This document shows positions 27,230 through 35,422 of a stretch of DNA of 64,000 nucleotides, one piece after another (the stretch's first letter is position 1; the number at the start of each line of letters is the position of its first letter). The stretch is from positions 41,609-105,608 of the forward strand of contig CAWJQC010000004.1 in the NCBI GenBank assembly GCA_963844965.1, given 5' to 3'. The notes under the pieces were generated by a model. The model ran no database searches. It was not told the DNA's origin and saw nothing but the letters and a program-made list of their open reading frames with translations. The stretch is from an uncultured bacterium. GTDB taxonomy: Bacteria > Patescibacteriota > Minisyncoccia > UBA6257 > 2-01-FULL-56-20. The position numbers were made by a program, and so were the translations under genes.

Positions 27230-27599
27230 TTATACAATTTCTTCGGCCATCGTCATTAATTTTTCAAAACCTTTTTCCTTGAGCTCGCGCGGTAAAGGAC
27301 CGAAGATCCTGGTCGCTATCGGTTCCTTCTTGGCGTCAATCAGCACAACCGCGTTCTCGTCAAAACGCACGTAAGAACCATCCAAACGCCTTATGGGACT
27401 CTTTCGTGCGCACGATGAGCACCCGGACGATGTCCTTTTTCTTCACGGTTTTTCTGGGCTCGGCGACCTGAACGGAGGTCACGATAACGTCACCCACACC
27501 TCCATATCTCCTGCGCGTTGCTCCCAAAATTCTAAAGCAACGGACGATTTTCGCGCCGGAATTATCAGCAACCTTTAAAATACTCCTTTCTTGTATCAT
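27230..27599 (-). CDS. rplN: 50S ribosomal protein L14, split by one frameshift near 27390-27400
   Basis: [26 protein letters not shown]...VRTK continues in another frame as [19 protein letters not shown]...[28 protein letters not shown]. Confidence 0.88.
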
Positions 27600-27668
27600 T
27601 GCTTTGTAAAATGTTTACTGCGACATGTGAAATGTTTTATTTATATGATCTTTCCATGTCGCTTGTCG

Positions 27669-27929
27669 CTATTCTACTTTTGCCACGATTCTCCATCTTT
27701 TCTCTTTTGATGTCGGCCTTGTTTCCTCTATGACAACCTTATCGCCAACGCGATATTCGTTTTTCTCGTCATGCACTTTAAACCGCGCGGTGACCCTATA
27801 GTACTTTTGGTACTTGGGATGCTTTTTAAACCTTTCTATTTCAATTACCCTCGTCTTCTGCATCTTGTCGCTTACCACCACGCCCTCAAGCTTCCTATGA
27901 TTTAATTTTGCGTTGGATTTTTCCGCCAT
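27669..27929 (-). CDS. rpsQ: 30S ribosomal protein S17
   Basis: KLEGVVVSDKMQKTRVIEIERFKKHPKYQKYYRVTARFKVHDEKNEYRVGDKVVIEETRP. Confidence 0.93.
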   Translation of the reverse strand: MAEKSNAKLNHRKLEGVVVSDKMQKTRVIEIERFKKHPKYQKYYRVTARFKVHDEKNEYRVGDKVVIEETRPTSKEKRWRIVAKVE

Positions 27930-27934
27930 GATAA

Positions 27935-28144
27935 TTATTTGTTGCCGTTATTTTCGGCCTCGCGCATGAAGGTAAGCACCCTCGCGATATCTCTGCGCAG
28001 TTTTCTTAATTCTTCCACGTTCTTGACCTTGCCGGCTGCCAAATCAAACTTCAAAACTCTTAGGCGCTCTCTCCACTCCTTGAGGAGTTTCGCAAGTTCC
28101 GGCATCGGCTTGGTTTTTAATTCTTGGATCTCTTTACGTTTCAT
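27935..28144 (-). CDS. rpmC: 50S ribosomal protein L29
   Basis: A 69 aa helical protein in the conserved L16-L29-S17 position; ELRKLRRDIARV. Confidence 0.88.
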   Translation of the reverse strand: MKRKEIQELKTKPMPELAKLLKEWRERLRVLKFDLAAGKVKNVEELRKLRRDIARVLTFMREAENNGNK

Positions 28145-28148
28145 ATCG

Positions 28149-28560
28149 TTATTTACTAATGACCTTGCTTTTGAACGGCAGTTTATATCCGGCGAGGCGC
28201 AGGGCTTCCTTTGCCATATCCCCGTCCACGCCGTCTATTTCAAATATAACCCGACCGGGCTTCACGGGGAATACGTAGTGGTCAACGCTTCCTTTCCCGC
28301 CGCCCATGGTGGTTTCCGGCGGCCGCATGGTGACCGGCTTATCCGGGAAAACGCGTATCCAGAGCCGGCCGCTGCGCTTCAAGTGATTCGTAATGGTTTT
28401 CCTCGCAGCTTCAATCTGCTTGGAATTCAACCACGACGGCTCAAGCGCCTTCAGACCGTACTCGCCGTAATTCAACCCCAAACCGCGCGTTTCCACCGGC
28501 GCGCTTGCGCGACCTGCCCTTTTGCCACTTCCTATGTTTTACTTTTTTGGGAATCAACAT
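28149..28560 (-). CDS. rplP: 50S ribosomal protein L16, split by one frameshift near 28490-28500
   Basis: The ATG at 28560 gives [22 protein letters not shown], then the frame changes to [20 protein letters not shown]...[13 protein letters not shown]. Confidence 0.88.
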
Positions 28561-28645
28561 GGTTTTATAAATTCGAAACTTAAAAATCAAAAGGCAAAAG
28601 TGGGATTAAAAAGTTTTAAATTTTGACCTTTGATTTTGTTATTTG

Positions 28646-29329
28646 CTACTTTTTGTTTTCTGTTTTGTCTTTTTGGAATATCTCTCCTTTATATATCCAA
28701 ACCTTGACTCCCACCGTTCCATACGTGGTGTAGGCGACGGCGTGGCCGTAATCTATATTGGCGCGGAGGGTGTGGAGCGGCAAAGAACCGCCCTGCGCCG
28801 CAAGCCACTCGCGCCTCGCAATCTCGTTGCCGTCAAGCCGGCCGGAAAGAAGCACTTTTGCGCCTTTCACTTCCTTGTTTTGTTTGACGCCTTCAAGATA
28901 TTTTTTCATCGTCCTGCGGTAAGGCATGCGTTTTTCCAGATCCCAGGCGATCTGCTGCGCAACGTATTGTGCAGAAATTTCGGACCTTTTCAGTTCCTCA
29001 ACGTTCACACTCAAGTTCCCGGTCAATTTCTTGACTCCCTTGAGCTTCCTTACTGCCGCCTCAATCGCCTTGTTCAGTTCTTCTATGCCTTTGCCGCCCC
29101 TGCCGATTATGAAACCCGGCCTTGCGGCTTTTATCCAAATCTTGATATTTCCGCCGGTGCGTTCTATCTCCACGGCAGCGATGCCCGCCTGCCCGATTTT
29201 ATCCGTAATCACCCTTCTAACTGCTTCATCCTCTTCCAGAAATTTTGCGTAATTCTTGGAAAACCAGCGCACTGGCCAATTCTTGGTAACACCAAGCCGA
29301 TATGATAACGGATTTATTTTTTGTCCCAT
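28646..29329 (-). CDS. rpsC: 30S ribosomal protein S3
   Basis: MGQKINPLSYRLGVTKNW...IIGRGGKGIEEL (KH domain). Confidence 0.95.
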   Translation of the reverse strand: MGQKINPLSYRLGVTKNWPVRWFSKNYAKFLEEDEAVRRVITDKIGQAGIAAVEIERTGGNIKIWIKAARPGFIIGRGGKGIEELNKAIEAAVRKLKGVKKLTGNLSVNVEELKRSEISAQYVAQQIAWDLEKRMPYRRTMKKYLEGVKQNKEVKGAKVLLSGRLDGNEIARREWLAAQGGSLPLHTLRANIDYGHAVAYTTYGTVGVKVWIYKGEIFQKDKTENKK

Positions 29330-29337
29330 GATTTTAT

Positions 29338-29853
29338 TTATTTGGCGAATCCAGCCTTTCTGCTGAAAATTCTCCTGAAGAAACCGGGTCTTTTCTTCGG
29401 CTCGGCGACTTCTTTTTTGGCCTTTTCAACTCTTTTCTTTTTCGCCGGTTTTTCCTCTCCCGGCGGCAACTTAACTTTTTTAGGAACAACTATCTTGAAC
29501 CGCGGCGAAGCCAGATCCGGTTTCTCCGCTAAAATCATAGTAACGTGGCTCATTTTTCTCTGTATCGGCGTGGCTGTGCCGCGCGCGCGGGGCAGATATC
29601 TTTTGAGCATGGGGCCCTGGTCAACGCGCACACTCTCAACGAGAAATCTTTCTTCGGCTAAGCGCTTATTGTTCTTGATATCGGCGACGGCGGAACGCAA
29701 AAGCTTCAAAAGCGGTACGGCGGCTCGGCGCCTTATGGACATAAGCTGCGCTTCCGCTTCGTGGATAGGCAGTCCTTTAAGCAGATCGGCAATGGCGCGC
29801 ACCTTGCGCGGAGTCATTCTAAGATAATTCAGTTTTACTGTTTGCTTATTCAT
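29338..29853 (-). CDS. rplV: 50S ribosomal protein L22 with a basic C-terminal extension
   Basis: RMTPRKVRAIADLLKGLPIHEAEAQL...ARGTATPIQRKMSHVTMIL. Confidence 0.92.
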   Translation of the reverse strand: MNKQTVKLNYLRMTPRKVRAIADLLKGLPIHEAEAQLMSIRRRAAVPLLKLLRSAVADIKNNKRLAEERFLVESVRVDQGPMLKRYLPRARGTATPIQRKMSHVTMILAEKPDLASPRFKIVVPKKVKLPPGEEKPAKKKRVEKAKKEVAEPKKRPGFFRRIFSRKAGFAK

Positions 29854-29865
29854 GCGTAATTTTTA

Positions 29866-30198
29866 TTATTTCTTGACCTCCTTTGCCGGCGCGGCAGCCG
29901 GTGCTCCAGCGACAGCGGCGCTCGCCTCCAACTCACGCTGCATCTTGCCGCCGTGCCGCGTGAACTTCCTCGTCGGCGCGAATTCTCCCAAGCGATGGCC
30001 GACCATTTCTTCGCTCACTTTAACCTCAATGAAGATCTTGCCGTTGTGAACGCCGAAAGTGAATCCCACCATTTCCGGTGAAATCTCCGAAGCCCGCGAC
30101 CATGTCTTAACAACCACCTTGTCGTCGGGCCTGAGTTTGGAAACCTTCTTAAGAAGTTTCGGGTCAACATAAGGACCTTTCTTTAGCGAGCGGCTCAT
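29866..30198 (-). CDS. rpsS: 30S ribosomal protein S19
   Basis: [19 protein letters not shown]...[17 protein letters not shown]. Confidence 0.95.
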   Translation of the reverse strand: MSRSLKKGPYVDPKLLKKVSKLRPDDKVVVKTWSRASEISPEMVGFTFGVHNGKIFIEVKVSEEMVGHRLGEFAPTRKFTRHGGKMQRELEASAAVAGAPAAAPAKEVKK

Positions 30199-30204
30199 AA
30201 TGAT

Positions 30205-30268
30205 AAATTTTCAATTTCCAATTTTCCAATTTCCAAACGTTTGGAAATTCTGAACTTGGAATTATTTT
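30205..30268. repeat. AT-rich low-complexity inverted repeat (CCAATTTCC words)
   Basis: TTTCCAATTTTCCAATTTCCAAACGTTTGGAAATTCTGAACTTGGAA lies between rpsS and rplB. Confidence 0.5.
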
Positions 30269-30274
30269 CTCCGT

Positions 30275-31087
30275 TTAATTATAAGTTTTGCTCGACCATT
30301 TTTTCTTATTGCGGGTCTTGTGCCCGCCGGTAACCTTACCCCACAACGTTTTTGGTTTTCTCGTGCCGCGCGGCTGTCTGCCCTCGCCGCCGCCGTAGGG
30401 ATGATCAACCGGATTCATGGCTGTGCCGCGGACGGTCGGCCTCACGCCAAGCCAGCGCGAGCGGCCGGCTTTTCCTATTGTAACCAAATTATGCTCGGGA
30501 TTGGAAAGTTGTCCGATGGAAGCGAAGGAGTTCCAGGAAACCCTTCGTATCTCGCCGGAGGACAACTTCAGGTCCGTATAGCCATCGGCGTTCGCGAGGA
30601 CCTCCACGTAAGAACCGGCGGAACGGGCCAGCTTCCCGCCCACGCCCGGCTTCAATTCTATATTATGTACTTGGTAGCCAACTGGAATATTCTTCAATCT
30701 TAACCTATTTCCGATTTTAAGAGGCGCGGTATCGGACGTCACGATGGTATCCCCGACCGCGAGCCCCTGAGCCGCGAGAACGTAGCGGCGCTCGCCATTG
30801 GCGTATAAAACCCTGGCGATGAATGTGGTTCTGTAAGGATCATATTCCAAAGTTTCAACCTTGGCCGGCATATCCGGGAATTCGCTCTGCACGAAATCTA
30901 CCATCCTGTACAGCTTTTTGTGACCGCCGCCCTGATGGCGCACCGTGATTCTTCCCTGCGAGTTCCTGCCCGCGTGGTCCTGAAGGCGCCTAAGCAGCGG
31001 CTTATACGGTTCTGTTTTTGTAAGCGCACCATAATCGGGTACCGTCATCTGCCTGCGTCCCGGAGTTGTTGGCTTGTAAGCTTTCAT
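30275..31087 (-). CDS. rplB: 50S ribosomal protein L2
   Basis: RNSQGRITVRHQGGGHKKLYR...RGTAMNPVDHPYGGGEGR. Confidence 0.95.
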   Translation of the reverse strand: MKAYKPTTPGRRQMTVPDYGALTKTEPYKPLLRRLQDHAGRNSQGRITVRHQGGGHKKLYRMVDFVQSEFPDMPAKVETLEYDPYRTTFIARVLYANGERRYVLAAQGLAVGDTIVTSDTAPLKIGNRLRLKNIPVGYQVHNIELKPGVGGKLARSAGSYVEVLANADGYTDLKLSSGEIRRVSWNSFASIGQLSNPEHNLVTIGKAGRSRWLGVRPTVRGTAMNPVDHPYGGGEGRQPRGTRKPKTLWGKVTGGHKTRNKKKWSSKTYN

Positions 31088-31094
31088 CGGAAAA

Positions 31095-31370
31095 TTATTG
31101 TATGTCTATTTTTTGTCCGGCCTTAAGCGTCACAATCGCTTTTTTGTATCCAGATTGTTTGCCGCGCAGGGCGCCGACGCGCTTATGCTTGGCCGGGCGA
31201 TTGACGATATTGACTGCGACCGCATCGGCTTTGTAAATTTCTTTCACCGCTTTTTTGATCTCCGGCTTGGTGGCGTCATTCCTCACGAGAAAAACGTATT
31301 TGCCGAACTTGGACAAGTCGGTCGCTCTCTCTGTCACCCACGGTTTTTTTATCAAAAATACGCTGCTCAT
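31095..31370 (-). CDS. rplW: 50S ribosomal protein L23
   Basis: 91 aa; KYVFLVRNDATKPEIKKAVKEIYKADAVAVNIVN...KKAIVTLKAGQKID. Confidence 0.92.
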   Translation of the reverse strand: MSSVFLIKKPWVTERATDLSKFGKYVFLVRNDATKPEIKKAVKEIYKADAVAVNIVNRPAKHKRVGALRGKQSGYKKAIVTLKAGQKIDIQ

Positions 31371-32011
31371 GATTTGTAACGTTTACCCATAATTTCAACG
31401 GCTTTTCTGTCCATGAAAATATTCTTATAGTTCAAAATGTCGTAGAGATTCAGCGACTCCGGAGGAACAGTTTTTGTCTTGACCAAATTCCGCGAGGCGC
31501 GCGCCAAATTTTTGTTTTCTTTGTTCGCGACAAGAAGTAGATCAAATTTTTTATCCTTCTTTTTCAAGTTCAAAACCGGCGCGAGCGCCGCGGCAAGAAC
31601 CTTGGTTTTCGGCCGCTCCACGTTCAAATCTTCAAAAATCCTCACGTCATTGTCTTTGAGTTTGCGCGAGAGCGCGCTCACGAGAGCCAGACGCTTCATT
31701 TTCTTGTTTATCTTCTGCGAATAATCGCGCAACTTGGAAGGTCCGTGCGCCTTGCCGCCGCCAACCCACAACGGCGAGCGGATAGAGCCATGCCTCGCGC
31801 GCCCCGTTCCCTTCTGCCGCCACGGCTTTCTGCCGCCGCCTCGGACTTCGGCGCGGGTCTTTGCGTGCGCCCACGGGCGTCTGGCGTTCGCAAGCTGGGC
31901 AACCAAAACCTGTTGCACAAGCTCCGGATTCCACTTCACGCCAAAAATCTTGTCGGGTAGTTCAATCTCGCCGACCACCTCGTTTTTTAAATTATAAACC
32001 GCGGCTTTCAT
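31367..32011 (-). CDS. rplD: 50S ribosomal protein L4
   Basis: RRPWAHAKTRAEVRGGGRKPWRQKGTGRARHGSIRSPLWVGGGKAHGP. Confidence 0.95.
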   Translation of the reverse strand: MKAAVYNLKNEVVGEIELPDKIFGVKWNPELVQQVLVAQLANARRPWAHAKTRAEVRGGGRKPWRQKGTGRARHGSIRSPLWVGGGKAHGPSKLRDYSQKINKKMKRLALVSALSRKLKDNDVRIFEDLNVERPKTKVLAAALAPVLNLKKKDKKFDLLLVANKENKNLARASRNLVKTKTVPPESLNLYDILNYKNIFMDRKAVEIMGKRYKS

Positions 32012-32012
32012 T

Positions 32013-32564
32013 CTATTTTCTATTTTCTATTTTCTGTACTTCCAAAATCCCTCCCCTCGCTCCGGGAACCGCTCCCTTTATAAAAAGCAATCCGTTCTCT
32101 TTATCAACGCCGGCGACCTTCAAATTTTTTACCGTCACGCGCTCGTCGCCCATGTGGCCGGCCATGCGGTGGCCCGGCGTAACCCGCTGGGGCGCGGTGC
32201 TGCCGATGGAACCGCCGGCGCGGAAACGGTTTTTCTGTCCGTGTGTTTTCGGTCCGCCGGCGAAACCATGGCGCTTGACGACACCAGCAAAGCCACGTCC
32301 CTTCATCGTGCCCGACACGCGCACCACATCACCTTCCTTGAAAGCATCAACCTCTATTGCGTCACCAACTTTAAATTTCTCGCTTTCGGTTCTGAATTCC
32401 CGCTTTTGCTTTCCGAGAGCGAGCTGAACGGCTTCATATCCGTCCCGTTCGTTAGTGCGAACAAAAGTTACCTTATTCGGCTGCGCGCGAAGCACCGTCA
32501 CGGGCACGACGGTTTTGTCCTTCCAAATCTGGGTCATCTTCAATTTTTTCGCCAGGATAAACAT
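32013..32564 (-). CDS. rplC: 50S ribosomal protein L3
   Basis: VTVLRAQPNKVTFVRTNERDGYEAVQL...SGTMKGRGFAGVVKRHGFAGGPKTHGQ. Confidence 0.95.
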   Translation of the reverse strand: MFILAKKLKMTQIWKDKTVVPVTVLRAQPNKVTFVRTNERDGYEAVQLALGKQKREFRTESEKFKVGDAIEVDAFKEGDVVRVSGTMKGRGFAGVVKRHGFAGGPKTHGQKNRFRAGGSIGSTAPQRVTPGHRMAGHMGDERVTVKNLKVAGVDKENGLLFIKGAVPGARGGILEVQKIENRK

Positions 32565-32570
32565 AACTTA

Positions 32571-32600
32571 ATAAAAATCCGCCCAAGCACACCCGGGCGG
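32571..32600 (-). promoter_or_regulatory. terminator-like hairpin plus U-run ~10 nt upstream of the rplC start (possible leader/attenuator)
   Basis: The minus strand reads CCGCCCgggtgtgcttGGGCGGATTTTTATTaagttATG. Confidence 0.45.
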
Positions 32601-32664
32601 TCCGGCTGTCCTTGTGAAAACGTTCTTAATTATTGTCCAGAACGTCCATTAAAGAGACAAGCTA

Positions 32665-32693
32665 ATACTACGCCGGAATGCCTGGAACGTCAA
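32665..32693 (-). promoter_or_regulatory. sigma70-like promoter for the rplC operon
   Basis: The minus strand reads TTGACG, a 17 nt spacer, then TAGTAT, about 100 nt upstream of the rplC ATG and just downstream of the island terminator. Confidence 0.5.
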
Positions 32694-32756
32694 TAGCACC
32701 CCCTCCACAAGCAAAATCGGCCTGATTTTGCCGCCTTGCCTTCTAAAATGTCGGTA

Positions 32757-32792
32757 AAATAAAAAGCCGGGCCGTTAGAACTTCAGCCCGGC
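32757..32792 (-). terminator. intrinsic terminator after the 367-aa island gene
   Basis: The minus strand reads GCCGGGCtgaagttctaacgGCCCGGCTTTTTATTTT. Confidence 0.7.
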
Positions 32793-32799
32793 AACTTGC

Positions 32800-33879
32800 T
32801 CACCGAAGAATGAAACGTCCCGGTTTGCTTGAGTAATCAGAGAAGAAATTCGCATACGGGAAACGCAGAACACCATAGCCGTGCGTCACGCTTTTTGAGA
32901 CGAACGCGGGCCTTTCTCGTTTCCATCGCTCATACTCTTCTTCCTTGAACAGCACGACGCGTAGCGGATTGCGCGATTCATCAATAACGGCAGGAAGAGC
33001 AAACTCCCAAAACGCCATGTCGTCCTGTTCGTCGCGCGTGAAGAGCGAACGAACGTCGGCGATATCGCCTTCGGCCCAGAACGCGAATCCGCCGCAGGAA
33101 GTCAAATATATTCTCTCCAACTCTTTCGGCCGAATACCCTCCAACTTCAACAAATCAAATCTGTTACAAACAGCCAAAGGCTTTAACCGAGAATAGTAAA
33201 AAAGTTGTCGCGCTTCCTTTCTTACACATTTGGCAAATATGTCCTCGATGTAGGCGGCGAGGAACGGGAGCTCGTGACTAATGTCGGCATCAAAACAGTT
33301 GACCGAATGTTCAACCGGCAGGGCGTATTTCCAAATGCTCGGAATCGTTTCTTGGAGAATGGCAAGTGTGTCCGGCACCGACCCGCCGATAGTACTGAGA
33401 GAATTGAGGCCGGGAACCGTTTCGCCGTGTATGAAGTGCCGGTGGCAAACCGACACATACCGGAGATATATACCCATGCCGTCGCTGTGCATGAATTCCA
33501 GAAGACGCAGGGTTTTTTCCGGCGCGAACATAACGAGCACGCATTTCTTCGTTTTCTCAATCGGCACCGTTTCGCCGGGCAGTACGTGCCCTTTATCCCC
33601 GAGCGCGCGGAGAAGTTCTTCGGCGGCTTCATCGCAACCGTCACGCCGGAGCTGGGCATAAAAATCGGCGAGAACGCGCGCATCGCTGAAAAGTCCGTTA
33701 AGTTCGTTCAAAAACGCGGTTGGGGTGTCGGCTTTATCGGCGATATTTGCCAACGTTTCCGTCATAAATCCGAGTTTGCCGCGCCTTCGCCCAAACACTT
33801 TATGGCCGGCGAGTTTCTGAAATAACCGGTCAAATTGCTGTCCACGAAGAACCGTCTTTCCTTCAGGCACCTGTTTCAT
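32800..33879 (-). CDS. hypothetical cytoplasmic protein (359 aa), first gene of the rpsJ-rplC island counted from the rplC side
   Basis: An intact long ORF. GGAGG lies 6 nt before the ATG (MKQVPEGKTVL...). No signal peptide or TM segment, and no family I recognise. Confidence 0.55.
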   Translation of the reverse strand: MKQVPEGKTVLRGQQFDRLFQKLAGHKVFGRRRGKLGFMTETLANIADKADTPTAFLNELNGLFSDARVLADFYAQLRRDGCDEAAEELLRALGDKGHVLPGETVPIEKTKKCVLVMFAPEKTLRLLEFMHSDGMGIYLRYVSVCHRHFIHGETVPGLNSLSTIGGSVPDTLAILQETIPSIWKYALPVEHSVNCFDADISHELPFLAAYIEDIFAKCVRKEARQLFYYSRLKPLAVCNRFDLLKLEGIRPKELERIYLTSCGGFAFWAEGDIADVRSLFTRDEQDDMAFWEFALPAVIDESRNPLRVVLFKEEEYERWKRERPAFVSKSVTHGYGVLRFPYANFFSDYSSKPGRFILR

Positions 33880-34082
33880 GGGAACCTCCTTGTTCCGAAA
33901 CACATCTGAAGCAACACTTCCTGGGAAATGCCTATTCGTCTGCCTTTCAGCAGACCGTCTCCTGGGAAACGTGGATTAGCGCATTTTCAAAGAACATGCA
34001 CCGAACAAATCATAAGCAATGCGGACTTCTAAGTCAAGCGCATCGTAGATGCGGCCGACACCGAAAATCTTCCGTTCCCAAT

Positions 34083-35000
34083 TTACTGTGCCACCATAAG
34101 CGTCCTCCTTATTGAGTCAAACTGATTAAGCAATGCCGTGCGGTCAAATTCATGGACAACGCCAGGCGGATAGTTATAAATATCCGTGGAGTGTATGAGA
34201 TAGCGCACCGCGAGGCAGGGATTTGTGCCGGGAACGGCCCAGACTTGTTCTTCGTAAAAATTGCCCGCCGCCCCTTCGGTCGTCGTAGCAACGGAATACT
34301 CCGCGCCGCCGTCGGTCACATTCTCTGCGACCAGATTTTGCCGGTCAAGAAAAGGAAGCGCGCTGCAATCCTTTATGTTCGGAGTTTCTTCAACCGACAC
34401 GCCCGTGTCGTAGTGTGAAAGATTGGTACCGGTCGCCATCGCGGCGGGAATAACAAATTTGACGCCGCTGATATCCTTGCCCGGGCCGAGTTCCTGATAC
34501 TTATACGAAGCGTCAACGGAGTAGCCCACGGGATAACGTATGGAAAAACCCGCCGTTCCGCTTGCGTAAGTTTGCGGCAAACCGCCCGAGTCTGGCGCAA
34601 GCACAATACAGCCAACGTAATTTTTCTCTTCGTTATTCTCAAAAACGAGCGCGCCGTTGCCCTTGCCCCAGAAAACGAACGACTCGTCACTGTTGGCGTA
34701 ACGTATTCCGTCCGCCGATATTGTTTGCGGCAAAGTGAATCTGCGCCCGTCGCTTAAAACCAAGGCAACGCTCCCACCGGGAACCGGCGGCTCGCCGGGC
34801 TTTACGGGCGGCGGAGTTCCCTTGTAAAAACTTGCGTCAATCGTCTTTCCGCCATTGCACAGATAGGTAACTTCATTGATAGGCGCGGGCGCCGCGGACT
34901 TTTCCGGCGCGCCGCGGCGGGCGTACCAAAACCACACGCCAAAAAACACCAAGATGACCGCGAGCACCGCAAACAATATTTTAATATTCCTAAATTCCAT
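34083..35000 (-). CDS. membrane-anchored protein with an N-terminal MliC-like (lysozyme-inhibitor fold) domain and an unknown C-terminal domain
   Basis: The start MEFRNIKILFAVLAVILVFFGVWFW forms a TM helix. It is followed by TYLCNGGKTIDASFYKG...VALVLSDGRRFTLPQTISADGIRYANSDESFVFWGKGNGALVFEN, which matches the MliC pattern (C..G......v.l..dg....L.q..SasG.rY......w.kG). Confidence 0.5.
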   Translation of the reverse strand: MEFRNIKILFAVLAVILVFFGVWFWYARRGAPEKSAAPAPINEVTYLCNGGKTIDASFYKGTPPPVKPGEPPVPGGSVALVLSDGRRFTLPQTISADGIRYANSDESFVFWGKGNGALVFENNEEKNYVGCIVLAPDSGGLPQTYASGTAGFSIRYPVGYSVDASYKYQELGPGKDISGVKFVIPAAMATGTNLSHYDTGVSVEETPNIKDCSALPFLDRQNLVAENVTDGGAEYSVATTTEGAAGNFYEEQVWAVPGTNPCLAVRYLIHSTDIYNYPPGVVHEFDRTALLNQFDSIRRTLMVAQ

Positions 35001-35098
35001 GATTTTAGTTTTTAGAAACGCCCGATCCGATAAGCACAGGTGGCACTCTGTGGAGATAGCGAGAGGCACCAGTTGCAACTTCGCCAAACCAACCGCCG

Positions 35099-35410
35099 TC
35101 AGCTGTAAGCCAAAATGATAAACACAATCGCGACGATTACGACGAGGAACGTAATGGTTGCCGCAACAAGATTTATCGCTTCCCTTTTTTTGCCGTTAAA
35201 GTACCAAAGAATCGGCCGGCCGAAGATAACAATGCCCATTACAGCCGCGGAAATCACAAAAACAAGAAGAAACGCCGAGACGACCAGCACCCCGCCCCCG
35301 GGACCGAAAACGTGGTTCGCGTTTGAAATCAAAAGAGCGACGAGCCCCACGTAGGCCGCGGCGGCAAGCGCGTTAAGCAAGCCGTAGCCGATTATTCGTT
35401 TTGTTTTCAT
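35099..35410 (-). CDS. small integral membrane protein (3 predicted TM helices)
   Basis: 103 aa, almost entirely hydrophobic helices. Confidence 0.5.
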   Translation of the reverse strand: MKTKRIIGYGLLNALAAAAYVGLVALLISNANHVFGPGGGVLVVSAFLLVFVISAAVMGIVIFGRPILWYFNGKKREAINLVAATITFLVVIVAIVFIILAYS

Positions 35411-35422
35411 TGTATAGAAATA

